A DNA stretch of 64,000 nt from Candidatus Woesearchaeota archaeon (lineage in GTDB: Archaea; Nanobdellota; Nanobdellia; Woesearchaeales; JAZDKJ01). Positions within the stretch are counted from its first letter, which is position 1, and each line of letters starts with the position of its first letter. The stretch is taken from NCBI GenBank assembly GCA_043803105.1, contig JAZDKJ010000005.1, forward strand, positions 75,566 through 139,565, given 5' to 3'. The notes beneath the pieces are model-generated. The model was not told the DNA's origin. It did not search any database and saw only the letters and a list, made by a program, of their open reading frames with translations. A program made the position numbers and the translations under genes. Shown here piece by piece: positions 19,980 through 30,396 of the stretch.

Positions 19980-20399
19980 TTATAAATCCTCTTCTGAGAT
20001 TACGCTAATCCCGTTTTTCTTAAGCAAGGCGGTGGTGACACCGTCTCCCTCAAGCGATTTGCCAGAAAATGTTCCATCAGGAATCCTACCTGAACCGCAA
20101 GAAGGGCTTGCTTGCTTAAGGATTGCCTCCTTGACACCAAACAGCTTGGCAAGCTTCAAGGTCTCGGTTGCGCCTGCAACAAACTGAATTGTTACATCCT
20201 TGCCTGACTTAGAGAAAACCTTAGCGCCGTGCTGCTCTGAAGGCTCCCTTGGTGTGGGCAGGCCGCCCAACTGTTCTGGACAAACAGGGATCAAGATTTC
20301 TTTTCTTAGCAGCTGCAGAACTTTTTCACAAGGTTTGCTCTTGCCATCCCACCTGCAAGTTACGCCCAATAAACATGCGCTACATAGCTTCATAGTCAT
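19980..20399 (-). CDS. DUF523 / 2-thiouracil desulfurase family protein
   Basis: SACLLG..CRWDG, PVCPEQLGGLPTPR, SPSCG, GVTTALL. Confidence 0.9.
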   Translation of the reverse strand: MTMKLCSACLLGVTCRWDGKSKPCEKVLQLLRKEILIPVCPEQLGGLPTPREPSEQHGAKVFSKSGKDVTIQFVAGATETLKLAKLFGVKEAILKQASPSCGSGRIPDGTFSGKSLEGDGVTTALLKKNGISVISEEDL

Positions 20400-20428
20400 C
20401 AGGAGAGTCCATGGCAATTTAAATCTTG

Positions 20429-22312
20429 CTAAGCCTTTTGAGAAATCTTCTTCAAGATGGCTTCTTTTCCAGTCCAATCAATAGACTCGCGGAGCACCTC
20501 AACAATATTGCTCACAGGGATGATATGCACCTTTTCAAGCTTTTTAGCGTCAACAACAATATCCTTAAGGTTTGATTGCGGCACAATAATCTTCTTGATG
20601 CCAGCGTCAATAGCAGCTTCAACCTTGGAGGAAACTCCACCGACAGGCAAAACATCTCCCCTGACAGAGAGAGAGCCAGTCATCGCATAATCCTGCTTTA
20701 TGGGAACCCGTTTCAAGGCAGAGATAATGGCTGTTGCCACTGCAATACTGGCAGAGTCGCCCTCAACTCCTTCATAGGTCTGCAAAAACTGGACATAAAC
20801 ATCATAATTCTCCTTGATATCCTCACCGAAAAAGCTCTTTATTATAGCAGAGACGTTCTTGATAGCCTCTTTTGCGATCTTCCCGAGCTGGCCTGTAGCA
20901 ATAAACTCTGTCGCGTTTCCGCCAGGGGTTACTTCTGCTTCGATTGGAAGGATGATTCCAGAATATGAATCAGCGCCTCCTATTACAGCAAGTCCGTTAA
21001 CCCGGCCAACCTTCTTACCCTTTGTAACAATAACCTCATACTCTTTCTTGCGCTCAATATAACTGTCTGCTATCTGGTGCTCAAGAGGCCTTGCTATGGT
21101 CTTTGCCTTGTTGATATGGGCAACTTCAACATACTTTGCCTTTTCCTCAGTTGCAATGTCGCCGGCTGCCCTGATAAGCCCGCCAAGCTCGCGCAACCTC
21201 AAGGTCAGATGACCTTTCCTATTTGCCATCCTTCTTGCCTGCTGGACCATCTCTGTTACAGCATCCCTTGAAAAATGCGGAATCTTCTTGTCCTTAACAA
21301 CCTCCTGTGCAACGAAAAAAGCGATCTTGTCGCGGTTCTCCTCAGTGTCCTTCATCGTCTCTTTCATGAACACCTCATAACCATAACCACGAATCCTTGA
21401 CCTCAAGGCAGGATGCATGTTCTTGACAGTCTCAGGGTTGCCTGCTGCAACCAGGATAAAATTGCAAGGCACAGGCTCTGTGCGCACCATTGCGCCAGCA
21501 GACCTCTCGCTCTGGCCTGTGATAGAATACTTTCCTTCCTGCAATGCTGTAAGAAGCTCTTGCTGTGTAGAAGGCTGCAAAGTGGCAATCTCATCAACGA
21601 AAAGCACTCCCATGTTAGCCTTGTGAATCATTCCGGCAACGACGCGTTCGTGAGCAGGAGTGCCTAAACCGCCTGATTGGAAAGGATCGTGAAGCACATC
21701 GCCGAGCAGGGCACCAGCATGAGCGCCAGTAGCATCACAAAACGGAGCAGTCTTCTGGCCAAAATTATCAACAACAAGCTTGGGAGGCTGGACTTTTTGA
21801 TTTGCCACCCGTCTGCTAAGGTTCAGGCTGACAACAAAAAGACCTGCAACAATAAGGAAGCCAATTATCGTAGAGGCAGTCATTATTGCAGCGACGGTGG
21901 CACCGTACGCATTCTTGAAATAAGAGAAAGTCCACATAGATAAAAGAATTGAGACTGCGGACAGACCAAGAAGGATCAATATTCCCTGGTTCTTGAACAT
22001 TCCCATGGCTTGAATGCGCGCCCTGTTCACCAATTCCCTGCCTTGACCAGCAGAAACGACCCTGATAAGAGGCATGTTCTCATCATTAGCGTTGCTAAAC
22101 GAGAGCACATCCTGCAACTTTTCCTTGGGCAAGAGCTCTGCCAGGGCAAGGCCAAGCATAGACTTTCCAGTACCTGGCTCACCAATAAGAAGAACATGGC
22201 GCCGTTGGTTAGCAGCCTTTTTCATGACCTGAACAGCCTCATCCTGGCCGATGACCTGCTCTATGATCCTCTTGGGAACCTTGATGTCCTCTGTAGACTT
22301 GAACTTAAGCAT
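20429..22312 (-). CDS. lonB: archaeal ATP-dependent protease LonB
   Basis: [10 protein letters not shown] insert in AAA+ domain, EGDSAS catalytic Ser, PVGGVSSK. Confidence 0.96.
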   Translation of the reverse strand: MLKFKSTEDIKVPKRIIEQVIGQDEAVQVMKKAANQRRHVLLIGEPGTGKSMLGLALAELLPKEKLQDVLSFSNANDENMPLIRVVSAGQGRELVNRARIQAMGMFKNQGILILLGLSAVSILLSMWTFSYFKNAYGATVAAIMTASTIIGFLIVAGLFVVSLNLSRRVANQKVQPPKLVVDNFGQKTAPFCDATGAHAGALLGDVLHDPFQSGGLGTPAHERVVAGMIHKANMGVLFVDEIATLQPSTQQELLTALQEGKYSITGQSERSAGAMVRTEPVPCNFILVAAGNPETVKNMHPALRSRIRGYGYEVFMKETMKDTEENRDKIAFFVAQEVVKDKKIPHFSRDAVTEMVQQARRMANRKGHLTLRLRELGGLIRAAGDIATEEKAKYVEVAHINKAKTIARPLEHQIADSYIERKKEYEVIVTKGKKVGRVNGLAVIGGADSYSGIILPIEAEVTPGGNATEFIATGQLGKIAKEAIKNVSAIIKSFFGEDIKENYDVYVQFLQTYEGVEGDSASIAVATAIISALKRVPIKQDYAMTGSLSVRGDVLPVGGVSSKVEAAIDAGIKKIIVPQSNLKDIVVDAKKLEKVHIIPVSNIVEVLRESIDWTGKEAILKKISQKA

Positions 22313-22384
22313 TGGGGATTTGAATACGTAAGGCTTTATAAAGTTTGTTTTTAAAGAGTCTTTTAAGAAAGAAATCTGCGCTGC

Positions 22385-22894
22385 TCAAGGGCAATTCTTG
22401 CGCAACCTATGCAAGGTGGTCTTCATTACAGTCTCGATGTCAAAGTTATCAGAAACCTTGATAGTGATGTCTACATATTTCCTGTAGAGAGCAATTCTTT
22501 CTTTGAAAAGCGCTTCTAATCCCTTGTTTTTCAGCCCTACAATTCCTCTTGTTGAAGCGTTCGTGAGCCTGTTCTTCAAACCCTGCAAAGGGCAGTCCAG
22601 AAAAATGACAGTGGATTTTTCCTTAAGAAACTGCATAGCTTTGGCAGAATAAACAACGCTCCCTCCTGGAGAGATGATACAATTTTTTAGCTTGCCTAAG
22701 CCTAAAATTGTCTGTTCCTCAAACCGAATAAAGGCTTCATCTCCAAGCTTCTCAAGTATTTGCTGCAGCTTAAGCTTCCTCTTCTCCTCCATGATTATGT
22801 CAACGTCAAGAAACTTATAGCCCAAAACTCTTGCAAGTTCTTTACCGAGAACACTTTTTCCAGAACCAGGCATTCCAATAAAAGTAATATTCAT
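22385..22894 (-). CDS. aroK: shikimate kinase (AroK type)
   Basis: FIGMPGSGKS, SPGGS, ERIALY; start at MNITFIG. Confidence 0.85.
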   Translation of the reverse strand: MNITFIGMPGSGKSVLGKELARVLGYKFLDVDIIMEEKRKLKLQQILEKLGDEAFIRFEEQTILGLGKLKNCIISPGGSVVYSAKAMQFLKEKSTVIFLDCPLQGLKNRLTNASTRGIVGLKNKGLEALFKERIALYRKYVDITIKVSDNFDIETVMKTTLHRLRKNCP

Positions 22895-23074
22895 AACGAT
22901 ATGTTTGCAAAAGAAGCATAAAAAGGTTGCTATTGCAAGTTTTGGTTGGACGAACAAGGACAGGAGCATGCTCTTAGTCAAACAACCTAAAGCTTTAAAA
23001 GAGGTTTTGCGACTATCTTGACTATAAGTCAAGTATTAATGATTTGAATCCGAAGAGGAGGTTTCTGCGGTAAC

Positions 23075-23389
23075 ATGGTAAAACACATATGGGGATTTTA
23101 TGTTCCCCTTGAAAAGCAGACAGAATTTGAAAGGCTTAACAGTCCAGCCGGACCTTGGCATCGGTTCTTTGACGGAAGTCCTGATTTTCTAGGCACATAC
23201 TATCTTAAAAGCCTGGAAACAGTATTGAAGGATGAGCAAAAAGCAAGAGAATATCTCACTTTTGATATCTGGAAGTCAGAAGAATCATTCTATAAATATA
23301 TTCAGCAACATAAGAAGGAATTTAATAATCTATCTGAAGAAAATCTAGAACTCATTATTGCAAAATTCCATCTGGGATGGTTTGCCTAA
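23075..23389 (+). CDS. ABM/dimeric alpha-beta barrel-like protein
   Basis: EFERL..GPW..F, YLTFDIWKSEESF pattern. Confidence 0.55.
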   Translation: MVKHIWGFYVPLEKQTEFERLNSPAGPWHRFFDGSPDFLGTYYLKSLETVLKDEQKAREYLTFDIWKSEESFYKYIQQHKKEFNNLSEENLELIIAKFHLGWFA

Positions 23390-23436
23390 AAATGAAGGCT
23401 AAACATTTAAATATTGCCTACAAACCAGTTGGCAGG

Positions 23437-23823
23437 ATGAAGAAAATCCTTCTGGACACAAACTTCCTCTTAATACCGGCAATGCTCAAAGTGGACATAT
23501 TCGCAGAGATGGAAAGGATCATTGAAGAGGCATATGAGGTTTGCGTTTTGGACAAGACTGTGGATGAGCTCAACAGCATCAGGGAAAAGCAGACAGTGAG
23601 ATATAGGAAGGCAGCGCAACTTGCATTGAAGCTAATAGAAGCAATGCATATTAAGGTCATAAAAACAGAAAGCATTAAAAACGTTGATGAAATCATCCTG
23701 GAAGAGGCAGACAGTAAGTTTTTTATAGTAGCTACGCAGGATGGTGCCTTAAAAAGGAAACTGAGGACAAAACAGGTTCCTGTGATCGTTTTAAGGCAAA
23801 AGAAACATCTGATTTTGACATAG
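23437..23823 (+). CDS. PIN domain protein (Fcf1/Utp24-like)
   Basis: LLDTNFL, VATQD, LRQKK; usual position before rpoE1. Confidence 0.88.
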   Translation: MKKILLDTNFLLIPAMLKVDIFAEMERIIEEAYEVCVLDKTVDELNSIREKQTVRYRKAAQLALKLIEAMHIKVIKTESIKNVDEIILEEADSKFFIVATQDGALKRKLRTKQVPVIVLRQKKHLILT

Positions 23824-23830
23824 GGGAAAA

Positions 23831-24430
23831 ATGTTTTACAAATCTGTAGTAAAAGACCACATAAGAGTACCACCAAAAATGTTTGAGGTGGCTGTTGATG
23901 AGGCAGTGCTCAAGAGAATCAAGCAGAAATACTCTGGATTCATTGACAAGGACCTTGGCATAATTGTTGATGTCTCAAAGGTAAACGAGATAAAAGAAGG
24001 TGTCATCATACCTGGCGATGGTGCACCGTACTATGAGACAGTATTTGAGCTAATCACTTTCAAACCAGAGCTTCAGGAAGTGGTGTTCGGGAAGATAAAG
24101 GACATCGCAGACTTTGGGGCCTTCATAAACATCGGGCCGATAGACGGAATGATTCACATATCACAGACAATGGACGACTTTGTGTCTTTCTCAAAGGACA
24201 AGGCATTGATGGGAAAGGAAACGAAGCATTCGCTGAAAGTTGGAGACAGGTGCAAGGCAAGAATAATTGCCGTGAGTTTCAAAGAGCTAACTAATCCAAA
24301 GTTAGGGCTCACAATGAGGCAGCCTGGCCTCGGGAAACTTGAATGGCTGGCTGAAGCAGCGAAGAAAGAGGAATCAAAAGAAGCAGCCCCAAAGGCCAAA
24401 GAAACCAAAGGAAAGAAGAAGGAAAAATAG
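23831..24430 (+). CDS. rpoE1: RNA polymerase subunit Rpo7 (E')
   Basis: IRVPP, GDGA, FGAFINIGPIDGMIHISQ, LTMRQPGLGK. Confidence 0.96.
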   Translation: MFYKSVVKDHIRVPPKMFEVAVDEAVLKRIKQKYSGFIDKDLGIIVDVSKVNEIKEGVIIPGDGAPYYETVFELITFKPELQEVVFGKIKDIADFGAFINIGPIDGMIHISQTMDDFVSFSKDKALMGKETKHSLKVGDRCKARIIAVSFKELTNPKLGLTMRQPGLGKLEWLAEAAKKEESKEAAPKAKETKGKKKEK

Positions 24431-24447
24431 GTATTTCGGATGAGCAA

Positions 24448-24498
24448 CAAAAAATTAACGAATTTTTTGAGCACCCAAAAATCCCAAGGTGATTTTTG
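24448..24498. repeat. double-hairpin element
   Basis: CAAAAAATT-aacg-AATTTTTTG agcacc CAAAAATC-ccaaggt-GATTTTTG; same layout as 37481-37532. Confidence 0.6.
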
Positions 24499-24687
24499 AT
24501 GAGCAAAAAGAAAGTCTGCAAGAAATGCAAGTTGTTTGTGGAAGGGAATGAATGCCCGATATGCAAAGGCAACCAGTTCACAAACTCATTCCAAGGAAGA
24601 ATGTATGTGATGGATGTCAACAAGTCAGAGATAGGAAAGAAAATCGGAATAACGGTAAAGGGCGAGTACGCAATCAAGATAAGATGA
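24499..24687 (+). CDS. spt4: transcription elongation factor Spt4 (RpoE'')
   Basis: CxxC...CPx[18 protein letters not shown]. Confidence 0.93.
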   Translation: MSKKKVCKKCKLFVEGNECPICKGNQFTNSFQGRMYVMDVNKSEIGKKIGITVKGEYAIKIR

Positions 24688-24977
24688 ACCTGCAAATCGT
24701 AGAGCAAAAAACAAATGCTTTCCTGTCAAGGAAAGAGATAAAGGCAACGCTAAGCTATGACAATGCAACTCCGTCAAAGGAAGAGCTAAAAAAGCAGTTT
24801 GCAACAGCAACAAAGGCTGATGTGAACACTGTAGTAATCAAGCATATCTACCCGGGATTCGGGCACAAGCAGGCGACAGTACTGGTCTACCAATATGACA
24901 AGCCTGAGAGCGTAGCAAAGTTCGAGCCTAAAAAGAAAGAAAAAAAGGCAAAAGGCGCTGAAGAGAAGGCGAAATAA
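24684..24977 (+). CDS. rps24e: 30S ribosomal protein S24e
   Basis: [17 protein letters not shown]; gene order. Confidence 0.9.
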   Translation: MNLQIVEQKTNAFLSRKEIKATLSYDNATPSKEELKKQFATATKADVNTVVIKHIYPGFGHKQATVLVYQYDKPESVAKFEPKKKEKKAKGAEEKAK

Positions 24978-24979
24978 AT

Positions 24980-25153
24980 ATGGCAAGAAAACAATCAAAG
25001 AAGCACCCTACAAAGGTGTGGAAACTCTATGTGCAGGGAAAGTCGAAAAACAAGTTCTGCCCAAAATGCGGCAAAGGCTATTTTCTCGCTGCACACAAAG
25101 ACCGGTCAACCTGCGGAAAATGCGGGTATACTGAGTTTATAAGAAAATCATAA
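24980..25153 (+). CDS. rps27ae: 30S ribosomal protein S27ae (not in ORF track)
   Basis: Hand translation ...[29 protein letters not shown]. Confidence 0.95.
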   Translation: MARKQSKKHPTKVWKLYVQGKSKNKFCPKCGKGYFLAAHKDRSTCGKCGYTEFIRKS

Positions 25154-25177
25154 GAAAGGAAAATAGTTCATCTTCTT
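25154..25177 (+). repeat. 24-bp direct repeat, left copy
   Basis: GAAAGGAAAATAGTTCATCTTCTT identical at 26178-26201. Confidence 0.9.
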
Positions 25178-25208
25178 GTGCAAGGAAACAAGCAAGCAAT
25201 TGCTGCCT

Positions 25209-25781
25209 TTAAGTCCTTAATATTTTCATCAAATAGTATTCTACAGCCCACTGCTCGAAAAAATCCTGAAATTCATCCTGGGCTTCTAGCGGAACAAAAA
25301 TAACATTTCTAGCTAGGATCCTACCATTCCTCTCCCTGAGCAGGCCACCATGTTTTTTCTTGCCATGCAAGGCATAATAAAACAAAACCTTCTTGCTCTT
25401 TTCCAGTGAAACAAGACTGAAACTAATTAACGCACCAGATGAAAAACCAACTTGCTCGCAAAGTCGCTTCCCGGTCAAAAGAGAAAAGCCCTCTAATAAC
25501 AAGGTTCTGTACAAAACATTAGACAGGATGTTCTCAATAAGGACTAGATTCAGATGAGTTCGCTGCGGGAAGAAGGCATTAAATTTCTTTTGCAGCTCCA
25601 AAATTTTCAATGCTTCGGTATTCTTCAGAATAATAGCTACATCAGTATCATGAGTGACATCTTTTCCCCTAGCAACTGAACCAAAGAGAATGACATCTAC
25701 GATATTCTTATCATATTCTTGATACAATCTCTTTGAACTCTTCGTCAAATTTTCCAAGATGGATAATTTTTTTGGTTTCAT
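25209..25781 (-). CDS. MNT nucleotidyltransferase-domain antitoxin-like protein
   Basis: ILFGSVARG...DTDVAI. Confidence 0.85.
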   Translation of the reverse strand: MKPKKLSILENLTKSSKRLYQEYDKNIVDVILFGSVARGKDVTHDTDVAIILKNTEALKILELQKKFNAFFPQRTHLNLVLIENILSNVLYRTLLLEGFSLLTGKRLCEQVGFSSGALISFSLVSLEKSKKVLFYYALHGKKKHGGLLRERNGRILARNVIFVPLEAQDEFQDFFEQWAVEYYLMKILRT

Positions 25782-26079
25782 TTTTCAATAAACTGCACGA
25801 GTCTTTTGTCAATTCTGAAGAGTAAGTCTCCTGATACGAGGCAAAAACAGAGTCAACAGAACTGTAAACTTCTGGAAAATCCTTTTCCAACAATCTAAAC
25901 CTTTCCGAATGATTCTTTGGAGGAAAACCTCTCTTGCGTAAGATCAACAAATCACAAAGCTGTGTAATAGCCTTAAAGTATGCTGTTACAGCAAGCCTAA
26001 ACCTGCGCTTTTTCTCCTGGTCAAGACCTCCTTCAATAAATTCTATGAACCCTTCTTTTAGTAGCTCTTCAGTCGTCAT
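25711..26079 (-). CDS. HEPN-like protein
   Basis: AYFKAI..LCD, PKNHSERFRLL; paired with MNT. Confidence 0.65.
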   Translation of the reverse strand: MTTEELLKEGFIEFIEGGLDQEKKRRFRLAVTAYFKAITQLCDLLILRKRGFPPKNHSERFRLLEKDFPEVYSSVDSVFASYQETYSSELTKDSCSLLKNETKKIIHLGKFDEEFKEIVSRI

Positions 26080-26171
26080 TTTACCTTGGTAAATTAAAAG
26101 TCTATATAAATGTTATTATTTATCTTAGTAAATATATTGGCTTAAAAGTTATTATATTTTACCTTGGTAAA
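26080..26171. promoter_or_regulatory. palindromic operator repeats upstream of HEPN-MNT
   Basis: TTTACCTTGGTAAA at 26080 and 26158, variant TTTATCTTAGTAAA at 26119, around a TATA-like box. Confidence 0.65.
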
Positions 26172-26240
26172 TCAGGCGAAAGGAAAATAGTTCATCTTCT
26201 TCTCTTCCTTTGCCACGACAAACCAGTAATCGTCAATCAT
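26172..26240 (-). CDS. putative 22-aa small ORF whose 3' end is the direct repeat
   Basis: MIDDYWFVVAKEEKKMNYFPFA*; the copy at 25154 reads KKMNYFPFL*. Confidence 0.35.
   Translation of the reverse strand: MIDDYWFVVAKEEKKMNYFPFA
26178..26201 (+). repeat. 24-bp direct repeat, right copy
   Basis: Identical to 25154-25177. Confidence 0.9.
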
Positions 26241-26290
26241 GCCAGCAAAGCGGAAACCATATGTTCTAGAAACAAAAATAACTCTTTGCT

Positions 26291-27184
26291 TTAATCCTCA
26301 GGCCTTGACTGCAGAATAAGCAAATCCTCAGTGGTAAGCTTCTGGCCTTTCTTTAGCTTTTCCTGGACAGAGACTTCCTTGTTCTTCAGCTCTTCCTCGA
26401 GCTTCTTACGCTTTTCCTTCCTTGTCTCTTCCTTCTCCAGATTGAGCTTCTGGTTCAGATCATTTAGCACAGGCAATTGCTCCTTTAGCTTGGAATTCAC
26501 TTCATTGAACTGCTGCTTGAACTCCAAAAACTTCTTGTAAGCCTCTTCCTCCTGCGTCTTAAGCTCATCAATCTTCGAACCTGCTGCCATCACAGACTCA
26601 TGGCATTGCTGGCTCAGCTTTGCAGCCTGCTGGACCTCATTATGCTTGTCAGAAGCCTTATACTTCAAGTCACGGACATCTTTATTCAAATCCCTGATCT
26701 TGTTGTTCAAAGCGACAACTTCCTTTGCCTCGTTGTACTTTTTCTTCAGGTCCTTGATGTTCTTCATGAGCTTCTTCTCTTTCTCAAAAGAAACAACATT
26801 TGTTTCCAGGTTGAATTCAAGCCTGTCAATGTCCTGCTTCAAGAAAGAGATGTCACGGGTAATGTTCAATTTCTTCATCAAGGCATCGCGCTCTGTCCTA
26901 AGCGACTTCAAGAGATTAAGCTTGTCCTTCAAAGGTGTTGTGAGATTCTCGCGTTCTTCCTTGTTTTTCTTCACAGTATCTGTGAAGGAATTACGCTGGT
27001 CCTTGGCCAGCTTGGCTTCAGAGATAAGCCTGCCTATCTCTTTAGAAAAATCTTCCTTTTTCCTGAACCACTGCTCTTTCTGTGAATCAATGAGGTTGAG
27101 ACTATCTCGAAGCTCTTGAACAGTCTTCTTGGTTTCATCTAGCTTCTTGAATAGCTCATCCTTCTCTGTTGACATCCATTCCAC
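26291..27184 (-). CDS. archaeal coiled-coil protein
   Basis: Long heptad K/E-rich sequence ending GQKLTTEDLLILQ. Confidence 0.8.
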   Translation of the reverse strand: MEWMSTEKDELFKKLDETKKTVQELRDSLNLIDSQKEQWFRKKEDFSKEIGRLISEAKLAKDQRNSFTDTVKKNKEERENLTTPLKDKLNLLKSLRTERDALMKKLNITRDISFLKQDIDRLEFNLETNVVSFEKEKKLMKNIKDLKKKYNEAKEVVALNNKIRDLNKDVRDLKYKASDKHNEVQQAAKLSQQCHESVMAAGSKIDELKTQEEEAYKKFLEFKQQFNEVNSKLKEQLPVLNDLNQKLNLEKEETRKEKRKKLEEELKNKEVSVQEKLKKGQKLTTEDLLILQSRPED

Positions 27185-27189
27185 GTAGT

Positions 27190-27492
27190 TTAGCCGAACA
27201 ATGCGCCAAGTCCTGCGGCAGCGCTCATCTCGTCCTTCTTCTCTTCCTTTTTCTCCTCTTTCTTCTCAGGAGCCTGCTTTTTCTCGGAAACAGGAGCTAC
27301 TACAGCCACTGGAGCGGCTGCGGCGTGCTTAATGACCTCATCAATGTTGACACCCTGCAAGGATGCAACGAGAGCCTTAAGTCGCGCTTCGTCAGGCTTT
27401 ACGCCTGCAGCCTCAAGGACCTTTTTCACGCTAACCTCATCAACCTGCTTGCCTGCCTTATGCAGCAGCATTGCCGCGTAAATGTATTCCAT
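27190..27492 (-). CDS. rpl12: 50S ribosomal protein P1 (L12)
   Basis: [11 protein letters not shown] ... [10 protein letters not shown]. Confidence 0.97.
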   Translation of the reverse strand: MEYIYAAMLLHKAGKQVDEVSVKKVLEAAGVKPDEARLKALVASLQGVNIDEVIKHAAAAPVAVVAPVSEKKQAPEKKEEKKEEKKDEMSAAAGLGALFG

Positions 27493-27514
27493 TTTTCTAA
27501 CCTCCTCAGGATAG

Positions 27515-28465
27515 TTACCTTCTCAATGTGCCTTTGCGCACAAGCTCTTTAGCGAGGTCTTCGACCTCATTAGTCTCTTTCTGCTTGACAATCTTTGCCT
27601 TGTCAGGCAGTGACTCATCAGCATCAATATTTGCTGTAGACTTCACCAGCCTTGCCTCAATGACAGCCTGCTCGACCATCTCAGAGACAGTATCCTTTGT
27701 CAGAATCTTTCCCTCCTTAGCGATTGCCCTGGCATGCAAATGAGCCTTTGAAAGCAACTGCTTGATAGTTCCAGGTGAAGCATAAGAGATTTCGAGAGCG
27801 AGCGACATTGCACAGGCATGAGCCAAAGCAATGTTTGAGACAAACTGCTTCTCGTCAACATCCAAGACTTTCTTTGTGAAGAGCACACCGTGCTCCAAAG
27901 TGACTACAAGGTCTAGGCCGACTTCCATGGGCTCGATGCCAAGCCTTACGAGCATTGCTGCAAGCTTATCAGAAATTGGCTTACCTTCCCTGCAGACAAC
28001 AGCGTCTTCTCGTATTGTTATCTTGCCTGCCTCGACCTGCGTCTTGATACCTAGAGCACCAAGCTCGCCGATCACAGGACCTGGGGCAAAGCTTGTCGGG
28101 CCTGCAGTAACAATAATATCATGCGGAGCAAGCTGGCCTGCCTTTGCAGGGGCTTTGGACTTATTTTCCTTTAATACCTTGAAAAGAGCGAAAGGATTCT
28201 CTTTGGTAAAGATCATTGCAGGCATTCCTAAAAGGTGGTCCTTTAAGACTTCGAAACCCTTTGCCTTGTCAAGAGCAATCTTGAACAGGCGCTTCTTTGT
28301 CATGAAAATGATGACTTTGCCGCGGAGATTTTCTCTCATCCGCTGCAGTTGAGGGGCAGGAAGGTTAGACATGTTCACAACACCGACAATTGGATATTTG
28401 CCGATATTATCGACTATTTCAGAAACAACTTTCTGCTTGTATTGAGGGATCTTGTGCATGTTCAT
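27515..28465 (-). CDS. rpl10: 50S ribosomal protein L10 (P0)
   Basis: [35 protein letters not shown]. Confidence 0.96.
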   Translation of the reverse strand: MNMHKIPQYKQKVVSEIVDNIGKYPIVGVVNMSNLPAPQLQRMRENLRGKVIIFMTKKRLFKIALDKAKGFEVLKDHLLGMPAMIFTKENPFALFKVLKENKSKAPAKAGQLAPHDIIVTAGPTSFAPGPVIGELGALGIKTQVEAGKITIREDAVVCREGKPISDKLAAMLVRLGIEPMEVGLDLVVTLEHGVLFTKKVLDVDEKQFVSNIALAHACAMSLALEISYASPGTIKQLLSKAHLHARAIAKEGKILTKDTVSEMVEQAVIEARLVKSTANIDADESLPDKAKIVKQKETNEVEDLAKELVRKGTLRR

Positions 28466-29124
28466 TCCTTCGCATCAATTCGGACGGGCTTTCCCATTGT
28501 GAACTTGAGATAAACGCTTCTTACATTGTTCTTCTCATTTGGCAAGAGATGAACCAGACCGTTATAGACTGTCATGATGTTGTCAGCAACCTCTGCATCA
28601 GGCATTGACTGGCTGCCAACCCTGACTTGAATGACAGGTTGGGTTTTCGCTTTCAATGGAAGGGTTGTCTGCAATTTATCATAGAGCTGTTTTAGGTTTG
28701 CCTGGGGCGGGACAACGCAACCAAGCTTTGGATTCGGCATCTTGCTTCTTGGGCCAAGAACCTTACCAAACTGCAAAGCAACCTTTGGCATTATGTTAGC
28801 CTGGGCAATAAAAAAGTCGAATTCTTTTGCCAGTTTCTTGATTGTCTTCTTTTCCTTGTACTGCTCAGCAGCCTCTTCTAGGGTGATTGCCTTGTCACAG
28901 ACAGAACGGGCCTGCTGAAGCAGTTCAGCTGCGACAAATGCGGCAATCTTTCGCTTCTTTCCGGTGCTGTAATGCAAGGTAACAAAAGAATCAATCTGCT
29001 GGTCAGGCTTCTTCAAGTCAAGATTCTTAAGATTGATAATAAGATCATAAGACTGAGTAAAGTTCCTTTTCTCTTCGACAGATTTCAACTGTGCCAGAAA
29101 TTTCAGTACGCTTGCTTGATCCAT
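28462..29124 (-). CDS. rpl1: 50S ribosomal protein L1
   Basis: RNFTQSYDLIINLK, GKVLGPRSKMP, KFTMGKP. Confidence 0.96.
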   Translation of the reverse strand: MDQASVLKFLAQLKSVEEKRNFTQSYDLIINLKNLDLKKPDQQIDSFVTLHYSTGKKRKIAAFVAAELLQQARSVCDKAITLEEAAEQYKEKKTIKKLAKEFDFFIAQANIMPKVALQFGKVLGPRSKMPNPKLGCVVPPQANLKQLYDKLQTTLPLKAKTQPVIQVRVGSQSMPDAEVADNIMTVYNGLVHLLPNEKNNVRSVYLKFTMGKPVRIDAKE

Positions 29125-29225
29125 TCTACCCTCCTATTGCATCAAGGCAATAGTCTACGGGATTACTTTGTTCCAAGAAAACTAGAAGCGATTTATAAAG
29201 TTAATGGTTTTTTGGTGTAGAATGC

Positions 29226-29405
29226 CTAAATGACTTTGTCCGCTGGGAGGTTAGGTTCCTGCGGGATTTCCTGCTGTTGAAGTAAAGTTAGCTCATCCTT
29301 GAGCTTGTTAAGATAGGGAACCTTGTTAACATTAAGCTGGTTTTTTGTCTGGTCCCATTCCATGACACGAATCTGACGCCTTAAATCCTCAAGCCTTTCT
29401 TGCAT
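29226..29405 (-). CDS. small hypothetical protein
   Basis: ORF with SD-like GGGGTG upstream. Confidence 0.5.
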   Translation of the reverse strand: MQERLEDLRRQIRVMEWDQTKNQLNVNKVPYLNKLKDELTLLQQQEIPQEPNLPADKVI

Positions 29406-29499
29406 AGCTAACACCCCTGCAGAAAGAAAAGAGTCTTCTGCAATATAAAAATGTATCTACAAAAAAAGATTTATAAGCTCATGAAGTCTTCTCAAGTTC

Positions 29500-30396
29500 A
29501 TGGAGAAGAAACTAGTGGGAGGGCAGGCAGTCATCGAGGGAGTGATGATGCGCTGCGAGAACAAAGTTGCGACTGCTGTGAGAAAAGGGAACTCTATAAA
29601 GGTGAAAAAAGAAAAAATCAGCTCAATTTCTGATAAGTACAGGATTCTCAAATGGCCATTTGTTCGAGGCATTGTGAACCTGATAGAGCTCCTTATTATT
29701 GGAATAAAGACGCTTGAGTACTCTGCACAAGAGGCAAGCGGAAAAAAGGAGCAGATAAGCAAGACAGCGATGGCACTCACAATAGTTATAGCGCTGGTGT
29801 TTGGCATAGTGATTTTCGTATTGATACCATACATTCTGACCACAGTACTAGGCTTCAAGGAGCAGAGCATGCCACTGGGATTCAACCTTGTTGACGGGTT
29901 ATTCAGGCTTGCGATGCTTGTAGGTTATGTAATCTTGATAGGATCGTTCAAAGACATCCGGAGGGTGTTTGAGTACCATGGGGCAGAGCACAAAGCTGTT
30001 GCGTGCTTTGAGCACGGGAAAACCTTGAATGTAAAAAATTGCAGGAAATACTCTACAAAGCATACGCGATGCGGCACCTCATTCCTCATGTTTGTCATTT
30101 TAGTTGGAATAGTTCTGTTCTCTTTTGTTCCTTTAGCTGTCTCTTCTGTTTCGCCAGGAATAATGAGCAGCCATGGCTTCTTGAGGTATGCAACGCTGTT
30201 CTTGTCGCGAATACTGATCCTGCCAATAATATCAGGAATAGCTTACGAGATACTCAGGATAAGCGCAAGATACGAAGACAGCAAATTGGTCAAGCCTATT
30301 TTGCTGCCTGGTTTGTACGTGCAAAAACTCACGACAAGAGAGCCGGATGATAAACAAGTTGAGGTTGCAATCAAGGCACTAAAGGCAGTAATTTAG
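29500..30396 (+). CDS. DUF1385 membrane protein
   Basis: GGQAVIEGVMM, FEYHGAEHK, RCGTSF, TTREPD. Confidence 0.92.
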   Translation: MEKKLVGGQAVIEGVMMRCENKVATAVRKGNSIKVKKEKISSISDKYRILKWPFVRGIVNLIELLIIGIKTLEYSAQEASGKKEQISKTAMALTIVIALVFGIVIFVLIPYILTTVLGFKEQSMPLGFNLVDGLFRLAMLVGYVILIGSFKDIRRVFEYHGAEHKAVACFEHGKTLNVKNCRKYSTKHTRCGTSFLMFVILVGIVLFSFVPLAVSSVSPGIMSSHGFLRYATLFLSRILILPIISGIAYEILRISARYEDSKLVKPILLPGLYVQKLTTREPDDKQVEVAIKALKAVI

